From Armatimonadota bacterium (GTDB taxonomy: Bacteria; Armatimonadota; SYMT01), in the NCBI GenBank assembly GCA_041690135.1, contig JAWLHY010000007.1, positions 359,261 through 423,260 of the forward strand: a stretch of DNA of 64,000 bases, in the 5' to 3' direction. The stretch's first letter is position 1. Each line of letters starts with the position of its first letter. The notes beneath the pieces are model-generated. The model saw only the letters and a list, made by a program, of their open reading frames with translations. It was not told where the DNA came from and did not search any database. Position numbers and translations under genes: made by a program. Shown here piece by piece: positions 1 through 9,837 of the stretch.

Positions 1-2
1 AA

Positions 3-1484
3 CCGGATCCCGCCACCGAAAGCGACGCCACCCCCGAGATCCAGCGCCACCGCACCGCGATCCGGCGGGCGAACCTCTCGGTCCCCATCCAGTGCCTCCT
101 CCGCGACGGCCTGCTGGACCCCGCCAGGAGCCTGTTCGATTACGGCTGCGGGCGAGGCCAGGACCTGGAGCTGCTGCGGGGGATGGAGATCCCCTGCGAG
201 GGGTGGGACCCCGTGTACCGTCCGGACACGGAGCGCCGGGCCGCGGACCTGGTGAACCTGGGCTACGTGATCAACGTGGTCGAGGACCCCCAGGAGCGGG
301 CGGAGGCGCTGCGGCAGGCGTGGGGCCTCAGCCGTTCCCTCCTGGTGGTGGCGGCCCAGCTCGACGTTGCCGCGCCGGCCCAGGAACGGACCCGTTTCAA
401 CGATGGGGTGCTCACCTCCCGCGGGACCTTCCAGAAGTACTACCGGCAGTCCGAGCTCCGCGCCTACCTGGAAGAGCAACTCGGGACCGAGGCGATCCCC
501 GCCGCGCCCGGAATCTTCTACCTTTTCAAAGACGAGACCGCCCAGCAGCAGTTCCTCTCCAACCGATACCGCCGCCGGGAGGTGGTCCCGCGCCGCCGGA
601 TCTCGGAGATCCTCTTTGAGCAGAACCAGGATCTCCTGGAGCCGTTCATGGAGCGCCTCACCCAGTTAGGCCGGCTCCCGGGTCCCGAGGAATTCCCGGA
701 ATCGGCCGCGCTGATCGAGCGCCTGGGCTCCCTGAAGCGCGCCTTTGCCGTGATCCGACGGGTGACCGAAGAGGAGCCGTGGGAGACTATCGCCCGGCAC
801 CGCTCCGACGACCTGCTAGTCTACCTTGCCCTCGCGCGGTTCCACAAGCGCCCCATCCTCTCGAAGCTCCCCCTTGGCACCCAGCGGGACGTGAAGGCGT
901 TCTTCGGGACCTACGACCGGGCCTGCCGCGCCGCGGACGAGCTGCTGATGACCGCCGGCGATGCGGAAGCGATCGACACCGCCTGTCAGCGGGCGCCCGT
1001 CGGCCGGCTGGTAGACAACGCCCTCATCGTCCACCGGTCTGCCCTCGACCACCTGGAGCCGCTCCTCCGGATCTACGAAGGCTGCGCCCGGGCGCTGGTG
1101 GGGGAGATCGAGGGGGCCAACGTGATCAAGCTCCACCGGTTCTCCGGAAAGGTGAGCTACCTCGTCTACCCCGAGTTCGACACCGATCCCCATCCGGCGC
1201 TCCGGCTGCGGGTGAAGGTCAACCTGCGGACCCTCGACATGGAGTGGTTCGACTACGCCAGCCGGGAGGACCCGTTCATCCTTTACCGGAAGGAGGCGCT
1301 GGTCCCGGAAGAATTCCCCGGCCGGGAGAAGTTCGCTAAGCTGACGGCCCAGGAAGAACGGGTGGGGCTGCTGAAGCACGAGCGGCTGCTAGATACCCGC
1401 GGCAAGCTGGCGATACTCCTCGACCGGGCGGGGCTGAAGCTCGCCGGGCACAGCCTGCGCAAAGCATCCCGTTCGACCGGGTGA
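3..1484 (+). CDS. DNA phosphorothioation-associated putative methyltransferase (TIGR04096-like), 5' end outside window
   Basis: The frame is open from position 3 (PEIQRHRTAIRR...LFDYGCGRGQD, a SAM-binding motif I upstream of the track's Met at 183). It also has VNLGYVINVVE, TFQKYY and KVSYLVYPEFDTDPHP, and sits beside a dnd cluster. Confidence 0.85.
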   Translation, partial: PDPATESDATPEIQRHRTAIRRANLSVPIQCLLRDGLLDPARSLFDYGCGRGQDLELLRGMEIPCEGWDPVYRPDTERRAADLVNLGYVINVVEDPQERAEALRQAWGLSRSLLVVAAQLDVAAPAQERTRFNDGVLTSRGTFQKYYRQSELRAYLEEQLGTEAIPAAPGIFYLFKDETAQQQFLSNRYRRREVVPRRRISEILFEQNQDLLEPFMERLTQLGRLPGPEEFPESAALIERLGSLKRAFAVIRRVTEEEPWETIARHRSDDLLVYLALARFHKRPILSKLPLGTQRDVKAFFGTYDRACRAADELLMTAGDAEAIDTACQRAPVGRLVDNALIVHRSALDHLEPLLRIYEGCARALVGEIEGANVIKLHRFSGKVSYLVYPEFDTDPHPALRLRVKVNLRTLDMEWFDYASREDPFILYRKEALVPEEFPGREKFAKLTAQEERVGLLKHERLLDTRGKLAILLDRAGLKLAGHSLRKASRSTG

Positions 1485-1628
1485 AGATAAAGCGTTGGTC
1501 CGCGGCCTTACTTGCCAATTGAAGCGGCATTCGGAAGTTCGGCAGGAAACAGCCCGCAGGGTGGCGAACAGTTGTGTGTCGAAACCGTCCCGAACGAGGG
1601 AGCGGAAGCATCGAAGGGACCTCCCGCC

Positions 1629-1952
1629 ATGCTCACTGCAAACCGCACCAATGAGAATGCCGCCGCTACCCCGCGTACGACACCCCTGTTCCCCCTCGGC
1701 CGCCTTGAGGCCACGGCGCGGGCGCTTGCGGCGTTGGACGAGAGCGATGAGACCATCGACCAACTCCTTGCCCGTCATCGGATAGGAGATTGGGGCGTCG
1801 TTTGTGCCGAGGACTGGGCAATGAACGATCGAGACGTCCATGCCGGCTACCGTTTGCATTCCGCCTACCGGCTGTCCACTGGCGTGAAGGTGTGGGTCAT
1901 GACTGAAAGCAATCGAATGCTGACTACTGTGCTGCTGCCAGATGAGTATTGA
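1629..1952 (+). CDS. Small conserved plasmid/ICE-associated protein of unknown function
   Basis: LFPLGRLEAT...LLARHRIGDWG...VWVMTE...TTVLLPDEY matches a family I recall from mobile elements. Start is uncertain (track start 1512). Confidence 0.65.
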   Translation: MLTANRTNENAAATPRTTPLFPLGRLEATARALAALDESDETIDQLLARHRIGDWGVVCAEDWAMNDRDVHAGYRLHSAYRLSTGVKVWVMTESNRMLTTVLLPDEY

Positions 1953-1987
1953 TGATAGGTCAGAGTGCGTGCAGACCAGCTTTCCTA

Positions 1988-3356
1988 GTGGTCTGTCCCA
2001 GAAGTCCGTAAAGTAGTCGTGGCAGGTGCGGTACCGGTGTGATTCAACCCAGTAGGGTCCCACCGGAGGTGCTCATGCCACTACCCAAACCGCACTACCA
2101 ACCCACTTTCACGTCCGAACAACTCGCCGAAGCGCGACAGGTGGTCGCCTGTCATTCTTCACCCCAAGCCCAGGTCCGCCGCGCCCGGCTGGCGCTGGTC
2201 CTGGCCGAACACCCGGACCTCTCCCACAAGGAGGTGGGCGCGCTCTGTGATCTCGACGATGAAACGGTCTATAAGTGGCGCCGCCGCTGGACCCTCCACG
2301 GTTGGTCGCTCACCGATGCCCCGCGGTCTGGCCGGGTACCCGCAAAGCGGGTGGGGCGGGCTTTTCCCCCTGCGGAGACCGTCCTGATTAAAGCCCTCGC
2401 CTGCGAACGCCCGGTGAATGAGAAACGGCGGGCGCTCGCGCGGTTGTCGGTCTACGATCTCTGCCTCCAGGCGTGGGAGTTGGGCGTCACCATGTCCTAC
2501 AGTACGGTGTGGCGCCGTCTGCGCGAGGACGCCCTCCGCCCCTGGCTCTTTCAACAGGGGTTGTTTCCGCGCGACCCCCGCTTACTCGAGAAGGCTACCC
2601 CGATCCTGGAACTCTACCACGGCCGCTGGGAAGGCCAGCCGCTCGGCCCACGGGACCTCGTGCTCTCGGCCGATGAAATGACCGGCTTGCAGGCGCTCTC
2701 GCGGATCCACCCGGCACAGCCGCTCACCACTCCCTCCCAGGTGCCGCTCCCTGGCCGGCTGAAACGGCGGTATGACCCGCGGGTCCGCGTAGAGTTCGAA
2801 TACGCGCGGCATGGCACACTGTGCTATCAAGCCTTCTTGAACGTGTTTACGGGTCGAGTGTATGGTGAGGCCCACGACAGCAACGGGATCGACACCTTCG
2901 AACGGAGTCTCATGCACTGCCTGCAGCAACCGCAGTACCGGGACATGGAGCGGGTGTTCCTGATCGTAGACAATGAGAGCGCCCATCATCCGAATACTTC
3001 CCCGGCCCGGATTCGCGCCCAGGACCCACGGGTGATCACGGTGCATCTCCCCACCCACAGTAGCTGGCTCAACCAAATCGAGCTGTATTTCTCCACTCTC
3101 CACCGCAAGGCGCTGACCCCCGCCGACTTTCCCAGCGTCGCGGCGCTCCGGCAGCGGATCTTCAGTTTCCAACTCCTCTATAACCAACGGGCCGAGCCGT
3201 TCCAATGGCAGTACACCCGGGACCACTTGGAAGTCTACATCGAACGCTTGGCCCTACACGAAGAGCGGTTTGCGGAGGCCGCGGCCATCATTCGGGCCCG
3301 GCGGCAAGCACAGGAGCCGGCCGCCGACTGCCTTACGCACTAACGAATCGCACCAC
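1988..3356 (+). mobile_element. IS630-family insertion sequence
   Basis: Ends form an imperfect ~29-bp inverted repeat (ctagtggtctgtcccagaagtccgtaaag vs reverse complement of the right end ctagtggtgcgattcgttagtgcgtaagg). TA is duplicated at 1986-1987 and 3357-3358, and the reconstructed empty site is CTAG. Confidence 0.85.
2075..3343 (+). CDS. IS630-family DDE transposase
   Basis: N-terminal HTH (TVYKWRRRW, DAPRSGR) and catalytic triad ADEMTG / IVDNESAH / SWLNQIE. GGAGGT RBS precedes the ATG at 2075. Confidence 0.92.
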   Translation: MPLPKPHYQPTFTSEQLAEARQVVACHSSPQAQVRRARLALVLAEHPDLSHKEVGALCDLDDETVYKWRRRWTLHGWSLTDAPRSGRVPAKRVGRAFPPAETVLIKALACERPVNEKRRALARLSVYDLCLQAWELGVTMSYSTVWRRLREDALRPWLFQQGLFPRDPRLLEKATPILELYHGRWEGQPLGPRDLVLSADEMTGLQALSRIHPAQPLTTPSQVPLPGRLKRRYDPRVRVEFEYARHGTLCYQAFLNVFTGRVYGEAHDSNGIDTFERSLMHCLQQPQYRDMERVFLIVDNESAHHPNTSPARIRAQDPRVITVHLPTHSSWLNQIELYFSTLHRKALTPADFPSVAALRQRIFSFQLLYNQRAEPFQWQYTRDHLEVYIERLALHEERFAEAAAIIRARRQAQEPAADCLTH

Positions 3357-3785
3357 TAGCTAAATCTACCTGGCTCGACAGATGGCACCACATCCGCATG
3401 CATCAGAGACCTTCCAGATAGGAGTCTTTGATCCAACCGCCACATACCCCACCCATTAGTGTCGTATCCCATGCACACTCAGACCGTTAACGACTTCCGA
3501 CTCCGCGCCAGGAGATTGCCCTCGATGCAGAACAACTGAGCCCCGCCACCCACGCTGTTTGCTCACAAAAAAGATTCGAACAAGGAAGGAGGATCTCGAC
3601 AACTTACTGGATAAAAGAGAACCAAGCCCGCGTCACTCTGCTCGCGGCACGAACTCACATTCTTCCGCGGCGTGGACAACCGATAACCTCACTGTCTACC
3701 TAGCTTCGGCCAAAGCCTGAATTGGCGCGCATGCCAAGGGAAGATGCGTTACGTTTCGGCACAATAGCTAGGAGGCATGTGAGCC

Positions 3786-5927
3786 GTGATGTTGAGTGAT
3801 CTAATGCTGCGTCTTGAGTACCGAAGTGACGAAGTGGTTCTCGCGGACGATCTCTACGAGAAATGCCTCCCGCAGTGCAGTCACTTCGATCGCGCCGTCG
3901 GGTTCTTTTCTGCGAGCGTATTCGCCGCTTGCCCAGAGGGATTTCGTGCATTTTTCACGTCAGGTGGGAGAATGCGAGTTGTCTGCTGTCCAATACTCAG
4001 CCAGTCAGATATTGAAGCAATTCACAACGGGTATTTCGACCGACCAACACTCATTCGTTCAGCATGTCCGGAAGTGCTCACCAATGGACGAGCAAAGGCA
4101 CTGCTGGAAATCCACAGGCTAACATCGTGGCTTATAGCTACAGGAAGACTAGATGTCCGCATTGCTCTACGTGACTCAAGAGGAGGCAACCACATCTACC
4201 ACGAAAAACTCGGTCTCTTCGGTGATCGAACTGGAAACTGGATTGCGTTCTCCGGTTCGGCGAATGAAACACTTTCGGGCATTGAAGGAAACTTCGAAGC
4301 TATAGATGTTTTTCGCTCTTGGAGTCCAGAGGAACGTCGCCGTGTCGATCAGAAACTGCGTGCATTCAAACAACTGTGGAGAAACGAGACTGCGGGAGTT
4401 GAAGTAATAACCTTCGCCCAAGCTGCAACACGAGGCGAACTAAAGGTGCGGACTACTTCTGCACAGGCGAATAATAAAATTCCCCACGGCACAGAGGTCA
4501 TCACCTCAATAGAAGACATGGAACCACTACCTGGCATTGAGGAGCTTCTCCTCATCCCCAGCGACACCAAGCTTCGAGACCACCAGAAGGTTGCCGTTCG
4601 CAAATGGTTTGAATCAAATGGACGCGGATTGTTTGTAATGGCAACAGGCGCCGGCAAGACTATTGCTGCTTTGGCCGCTGCAACGAAGCTCTATGAATGG
4701 CTAAATGCTCCGCTTTTCATCGTAATTGTCTGCCCCTATTTGCATTTGTGTGCACAATGGATTGAAGAAGCTAAGCAATTTGGGCTTGACCCCCTTCTGT
4801 GCGCCGTGGATCGCCGTACTTGGTACGAGCCGCTCTCGACAAGGTTGTTCAACCTTGCGTTCGGCACCCGCAAACTAGCTAGTGTTGTCGTATCGAATAC
4901 TACATTCGCTTCACAGGCATTTCAAACACTGCTCAACAGAGCCCCCAGAGCATCGCTGCTAATCGCCGATGAAGTGCACCATCTTGGAGCTCCCGGACTG
5001 CGAACTGCGTTGCCAGAGGGCTTTGCATTCCGAATCGGGCTATCGGCTACTCCCAGTCGTTACCAAGATGCTACGGGTTCTGCGAAGATACTCGAATACT
5101 TTGGCGACCCCGTCTGCAGCTATACCCTGAAGGATGCTCTTCAGAGCGGAGTTCTTTGTCCCTATCGTTATATACCCGTTCTCGTTGACTTAGAAGACGA
5201 TGAACTGGAATCGTATGTTGAGCTCACACGGAAGATCGGACAGCATATTCGCGTAACTGACCCTCGAGAGGGAAATACATATCTTGACTCTCTTCTGTTA
5301 AAACGAGCACGCATCACTGGCACAGCTCGCGGGAAAATCCCAGCACTGGCCGAGCATCTTGCTCCTCTGCGCAAAAGCACACATAATCTCATTTACTGCG
5401 GTGACGGCACTGTCGAAGGAGAGATCGAACAAACCGTCATCCGACATGTCGATGCTGTCGTTCGGGTGCTTGGACGGGATCTTGGAATGGCCGTTGCAAA
5501 GTATGTTGCTGACACTCCGCTTACGAAGCGACACCAGTTGAGACGGCGGTTTACCGATGGAGATCTCCAAGGACTTGTTGCCATCAGGTGTCTCGATGAA
5601 GGGGTTGACGTTCCAGAAACTAGGCGGGCGTTTATTCTTGCGAGCAGCACTAATCCACGACAGTTCATTCAGCGCCGCGGGCGCATTCTCCGGCAGGCTG
5701 CTGGCAAGGAGATGGCAGAAATCTACGATTTTATCACCGTTCCAGCACCTGAGGAGATCGAGCCCACCAATCCCATTTATGGCACTGCGCGTAGACTCTT
5801 CCGCAGAGAACTGAGTCGAATCGTGGAATTCGCAGGACTTGCGGTAAATGGACCTGAGGCGCTGAACGTACTCCTTCCCTTAAGGCAGAGCCTTAACCTC
5901 CTTGATTTTGGAGAAGATGATGAGTAG
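3786..5927 (+). CDS. pbeA: PbeA-like PLD-nuclease + SF2 (DExH) helicase of a phosphorothioate-linked defence module
   Basis: PLD-type YHEKLGLFGD...SGSANET, Walker A MATGAGKT, ADEVH, LSAT, LDEGVDVP and QRRGRILR. AGGAGG RBS at 3770-3775. First gene of a 4-gene operon next to dnd. Confidence 0.8.
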   Translation: MMLSDLMLRLEYRSDEVVLADDLYEKCLPQCSHFDRAVGFFSASVFAACPEGFRAFFTSGGRMRVVCCPILSQSDIEAIHNGYFDRPTLIRSACPEVLTNGRAKALLEIHRLTSWLIATGRLDVRIALRDSRGGNHIYHEKLGLFGDRTGNWIAFSGSANETLSGIEGNFEAIDVFRSWSPEERRRVDQKLRAFKQLWRNETAGVEVITFAQAATRGELKVRTTSAQANNKIPHGTEVITSIEDMEPLPGIEELLLIPSDTKLRDHQKVAVRKWFESNGRGLFVMATGAGKTIAALAAATKLYEWLNAPLFIVIVCPYLHLCAQWIEEAKQFGLDPLLCAVDRRTWYEPLSTRLFNLAFGTRKLASVVVSNTTFASQAFQTLLNRAPRASLLIADEVHHLGAPGLRTALPEGFAFRIGLSATPSRYQDATGSAKILEYFGDPVCSYTLKDALQSGVLCPYRYIPVLVDLEDDELESYVELTRKIGQHIRVTDPREGNTYLDSLLLKRARITGTARGKIPALAEHLAPLRKSTHNLIYCGDGTVEGEIEQTVIRHVDAVVRVLGRDLGMAVAKYVADTPLTKRHQLRRRFTDGDLQGLVAIRCLDEGVDVPETRRAFILASSTNPRQFIQRRGRILRQAAGKEMAEIYDFITVPAPEEIEPTNPIYGTARRLFRRELSRIVEFAGLAVNGPEALNVLLPLRQSLNLLDFGEDDE

Positions 5928-6105
5928 AGTGAAGGATACCAACGAGACGCAGGCGAAACTCGTGGCCATCTTGGACAACCTTTCCAAAGAAGAAAGGCAA
6001 CTTCTTACGGACGTGCTGATAGCCGAACGCGCAAAGTTGTATATGGGTCTCCCACGTGGGATTCACGAAGACCTATGGCGTATTGTAACGGAGACTATCC
6101 GATGA
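5920..6105 (+). CDS. pbeB: PbeB-like small protein (~61 aa)
   Basis: Overlaps the stop of pbeA and is coupled to the next gene by ATGA (6102-6105). Size and position fit PbeB. Confidence 0.65.
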   Translation: MSRVKDTNETQAKLVAILDNLSKEERQLLTDVLIAERAKLYMGLPRGIHEDLWRIVTETIR

Positions 6106-8174
6106 TATTCGAAGAGCTTATGTTGAAGGATTTTAGGCAGTTCGCGGGTGAGCAGTGTCTGCGCTTCGCAACCGAGCCGAACAAGAATGTCACCGTTATT
6201 CACGGCTTCAACGGTTCTGGGAAGACTACATTACTCAACGCGTTTACCTGGTTATTATATAATGAGTTTACGCTCGACTTTGAAGCGCCAGAACACTTGG
6301 ATTCTGAAGCAGCCTTCTCTAATGTTGCGTACGGAGACAGTCTCACAGTGTCGGTTCGTGCGGTGTTCAGAGACGGGCAACGCAAATATAGTGTAACACG
6401 GACTAGGATAGTTCAAAAGTCAACTGATGGAAGCAGGCTCCTCGTTGAACCAGGCAAACTACGACTCACTTTCATCGATGAAAGTGGCGAGACCCGAGAA
6501 CCGAGTAATCCGCAAGACACACTAGAGCAGATGTTGCCGAGGCGCCTCTTTCCCTTTTTCTTCTTTAACGGTGAACGTATTGAACGATTAGCTCGAGCTG
6601 ATGCATACGAAGAAATTGGAAAGGGAATTAAGACACTGCTTGACATTGAGCTATTCGACCGCTCAATTGGTCATCTGGAGGGAGAAACATCCAAGAAGCT
6701 CCGGGTGGAGATTGCCCGTTGTGCTGGGGAGGAGGGAGAACATGCTAGAGAAGAGCTTGACCGTCTCCTAGAGGCAGAGGAGAAACAAACGGGGCGCCTC
6801 CGTCAGTTTGAGCGAAATCGAGCAGCGCTTGAAGAGGAACGGGAAGCCATCGATAGTAAGCTCGCAAGCATGCCGGATCTGGCTAAATGGCAAGCTGAAA
6901 GAAAGGCTGCCGAGGAACGCGAGAAAGACATCAAGCGCCAAATGAAGCAACGCAAGGAGGAGCTTGCCAAGGAATTCTCGCGGAGTGCCTACCTCCTATT
7001 GACGCCTGACGTGCTCGATGCGGCGAAAGCGGTCCTTTCTGGTGCACGACAGAAAGGTGAGATCCCAGGCCCAATTAAAAGGCAATTCGTTGAAGACTTG
7101 CTTGCAAGACGAAAGTGCATTTGTGACTGTGAACTGGTTCCTGATACTGTTGCCTACAAGGAGGTGGAACAATGGCGCGACCGGGCATTTTCAGATGCTT
7201 TGGAGTCGGCAGTTACGGTAACGCAGGCGCGCATCGAGTCGTTTGGCCAACGCGCAGAGGAGTGCATCAGAAGAATAAATGATTTGCAAGCAATCCGCGA
7301 TGAACTGTATTCTAGCCTCCAGGATGTGCAAGAGGAACTCAGCGAACTCTCAAATAAGATTGGCGATCGGGAGCAAGGTGAAGACCCTGTAAAGTTGGAG
7401 CGCAGACGGAGAGAGGTCGGTGAGTTACTTACTACATGTATCCTGCATATTGCCGACCAGAAGAAAGCGCTCGATGAACTCGCGGAATCTATTCGTGGAA
7501 AGAAGAGGGAGATCGATGCCCTGGACATCGCTGATGAGAAGGGCAAGCTCGCGCAAAGGAGGCTAGATGCAGTCTCAAATGTAATTGCTGCCTTGAAAGA
7601 GATTCGGGAGGTGCGATATGAGGAGCTGCGACAGGATCTCTCCGATCAATTGAGTGACGTGTGGAGAGGTATTGCTGTCAAAGATTATCATGCCCGACTC
7701 GACGATGATTTTCGGCTGAGTCTTACAAAGGACGTGGGAGGACAGGTAGAGCCGGTACGAGGTGCTTCGACAGGGGAAAAGCAGGTATTGAGCCTTGCCT
7801 TTGTTGGAGCACTCATTGCAAAGGCCAAGAATACGTTCGAGCGCTCGAAGCAAGCAAACCACCTGTTTCGTGGAGGACTTTACCCGTTAGTGATCGATTC
7901 ACCGTTCGGCAACCTCGAGGTCGAATATCGTCGTGATGTAGCGAAGTGGATCCCTACTCTTGCACCGCAACTTATCTTGATGGTGTCCGAGAGCCAGTTT
8001 CGGCAAGAGGTGGAGCAAGAGCTTCTTCCGCGGATTGGCAAAGAGTGGATTCTTAAGTGCGAGACGCCCAGGAACACGGGGCGTGACATCGCACTCTTGG
8101 GACGGTCTTATCCGTATGTGATTCAGTCGATGGATGGATTTGAGAGAACAGTGTTCGAGGAGGTAGAACTATGA
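6102..8174 (+). CDS. pbeC: PbeC-like SMC/Rad50-type AAA ATPase
   Basis: Walker A GFNGSGKTT, FFFNGE, long coiled coil with central KCICDC (hook-like), signature ASTGEKQ and Walker B/D-loop LVIDSPFG. Confidence 0.8.
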   Translation: MIFEELMLKDFRQFAGEQCLRFATEPNKNVTVIHGFNGSGKTTLLNAFTWLLYNEFTLDFEAPEHLDSEAAFSNVAYGDSLTVSVRAVFRDGQRKYSVTRTRIVQKSTDGSRLLVEPGKLRLTFIDESGETREPSNPQDTLEQMLPRRLFPFFFFNGERIERLARADAYEEIGKGIKTLLDIELFDRSIGHLEGETSKKLRVEIARCAGEEGEHAREELDRLLEAEEKQTGRLRQFERNRAALEEEREAIDSKLASMPDLAKWQAERKAAEEREKDIKRQMKQRKEELAKEFSRSAYLLLTPDVLDAAKAVLSGARQKGEIPGPIKRQFVEDLLARRKCICDCELVPDTVAYKEVEQWRDRAFSDALESAVTVTQARIESFGQRAEECIRRINDLQAIRDELYSSLQDVQEELSELSNKIGDREQGEDPVKLERRRREVGELLTTCILHIADQKKALDELAESIRGKKREIDALDIADEKGKLAQRRLDAVSNVIAALKEIREVRYEELRQDLSDQLSDVWRGIAVKDYHARLDDDFRLSLTKDVGGQVEPVRGASTGEKQVLSLAFVGALIAKAKNTFERSKQANHLFRGGLYPLVIDSPFGNLEVEYRRDVAKWIPTLAPQLILMVSESQFRQEVEQELLPRIGKEWILKCETPRNTGRDIALLGRSYPYVIQSMDGFERTVFEEVEL

Positions 8175-8638
8175 GCGAGCCGAGACGTATCCGTCCACCG
8201 AAAGAGTATGAGAAACTGATCGACAAACTTGTTGAAGGGGGAGTGTTCGAAAGCAAACAGGCTGTGATGATGTTTGCTGCGGCTTTGGGAAAACGCTTCA
8301 ACGGTCGTAAAGAGATCGGACAACCCGGTGATGGGATCCGTTGGCACATATTTGAGAAGGCAGGCGATGACGCATTTGTAAACGCGCTTGCGCTAGCGGA
8401 AAGCAATGATATAAACATTCTAGATCCAGAGCGTGGCGATGGAGAGGATGTTCAGTTGGTGTTTGAGGAATACGCCGCAGGCGGTTTCGAGTATTTGAAG
8501 CCGCATGTTACGGAAGCGCCGGGTGATTGGCTAGAAAATGCGCTGTCGATTATTCAGGAATATCGGGGGGCACATCCATTACCACCAGGGCTGGAGGATA
8601 TGGACCCAGCAGGGTTGGAGTTGATCGGGGATTTTTGA
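8171..8638 (+). CDS. pbeD: PbeD-like / dnd system-associated protein 4 (TIGR04062-like)
   Basis: GVFESKQAVMMFAAALG and FEEYAAGG motifs. ATGA overlap with pbeC. Confidence 0.75.
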   Translation: MSEPRRIRPPKEYEKLIDKLVEGGVFESKQAVMMFAAALGKRFNGRKEIGQPGDGIRWHIFEKAGDDAFVNALALAESNDINILDPERGDGEDVQLVFEEYAAGGFEYLKPHVTEAPGDWLENALSIIQEYRGAHPLPPGLEDMDPAGLELIGDF

Positions 8639-8667
8639 TCCCCGAGAGGGAGTTCTTGTTCAGCACA

Positions 8668-9837
8668 TCAAAAGAGTGACTTCAAACTTTCTACAGCATT
8701 GATGAGCACCGTGACGGCGGTATCGATTTCATTGTCCTTATTGGACCTTCCGACACTCAGCCTCACGGCACTGTGGGCGCGCGTGTTCCCGTAGCCAAGT
8801 GCAAGTATGACGTGTGAGGGTTCGACTGAAGAGGATGTACACGCTGATCCTGTTGCCAACGCGAGGTTGTGAAGTTCGGGTAGCAAGGCTTTGCTTTGGA
8901 TACCAGGGAAGGTGATGTTGAGGTTGTTCGGGAGTCGATCGGTTGGGTGTCCATTCAAAGCAATGTTGCCAATGGCCGTGGATAAGGTGTTCCAAATCTG
9001 GGCGGTCCAGTTGCGAAACCTTATGGCATCTGAAGCCATTTCTCCTTTTGCGATCCGAAGGGCCTCCCCAAACCCAACTATTCCTGGTACATTTAGTGTC
9101 CCTGAACGCATCCCGCGCTCGTGTCCACCACCAAAGTGGATTGGAGCAATTCTAGCGCGGGGATTGCTGGCTCGCACATAGAGTGCACCGATTCCTTTGG
9201 GTCCGTAGATCTTGTGAGCGGACATTGAGAGTAGGTGTATGCCCATCCGTTTTACATCGATGGGTATGTGCCCCACGGCCTGGGCGCCGTCGCAGTGAAA
9301 AAGGATCTCATGCTCTTCGGCAATGGCGCCGATCTCTGCGATGGGGGCGAGCGTGCCGATCTCGTTGTTTGCCGCCATGATTGAAACTAAAATTGTGCGG
9401 GGGGTGATCGCCTTACGCACGTCTTCGGGATCGACGCGCCCGTATTGGTCGACGCGTAAGTAAGTGACCTGCTTGCCAAACTGTTCGAGCCTCTTGCAAG
9501 CATCCAAAACAGCTTTGTGTTCCGTCACCGATGTGATGATGTGGTCACCGCGGTTGGTGTAGCGTTCGGCCACGCCCAAAAGGGCGAGATTGTCGGATTC
9601 GGTAGCCCCGCTGGTGAAGATGATCTCGTCAGGGTGAGCGTTGATCAGAGATGCGATGTGCGCGCGTGCTTGGTCGACTGCCTGTTTTGCCTCGTATCCG
9701 AATTCGTGGTCCGTACTCGCGGCATTTCCAAACACTTCCGTAAAGTACGGCAGCATTGCTTCCAGGACCCGAGGGTCCACGGGCGTAGTTGCGTTGTGAT
9801 CGAGGTAGATCCGCCTAGGCTTCATCGTGGCCACCAT
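8668..9837 (-). CDS. dndA: Cysteine desulfurase DndA (IscS-like)
   Basis: IYLDHNATTP, FTSGATESDN, PLP lysine SAHKIYGPKG and catalytic ATGSACTS. Last gene of the dnd operon. Confidence 0.92.
   Translation of the reverse strand: MVATMKPRRIYLDHNATTPVDPRVLEAMLPYFTEVFGNAASTDHEFGYEAKQAVDQARAHIASLINAHPDEIIFTSGATESDNLALLGVAERYTNRGDHIITSVTEHKAVLDACKRLEQFGKQVTYLRVDQYGRVDPEDVRKAITPRTILVSIMAANNEIGTLAPIAEIGAIAEEHEILFHCDGAQAVGHIPIDVKRMGIHLLSMSAHKIYGPKGIGALYVRASNPRARIAPIHFGGGHERGMRSGTLNVPGIVGFGEALRIAKGEMASDAIRFRNWTAQIWNTLSTAIGNIALNGHPTDRLPNNLNITFPGIQSKALLPELHNLALATGSACTSSSVEPSHVILALGYGNTRAHSAVRLSVGRSNKDNEIDTAVTVLINAVESLKSLF

Noticed and set aside
3786-8638. Calling this operon dndFGH/dptFGH or a type III R-M system
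   Set aside because: Gene sizes and domain order (PLD-helicase, ~60 aa, SMC ATPase, ~155 aa) fit PbeABCD. There is no Mod subunit or large DptH-like ATPase.
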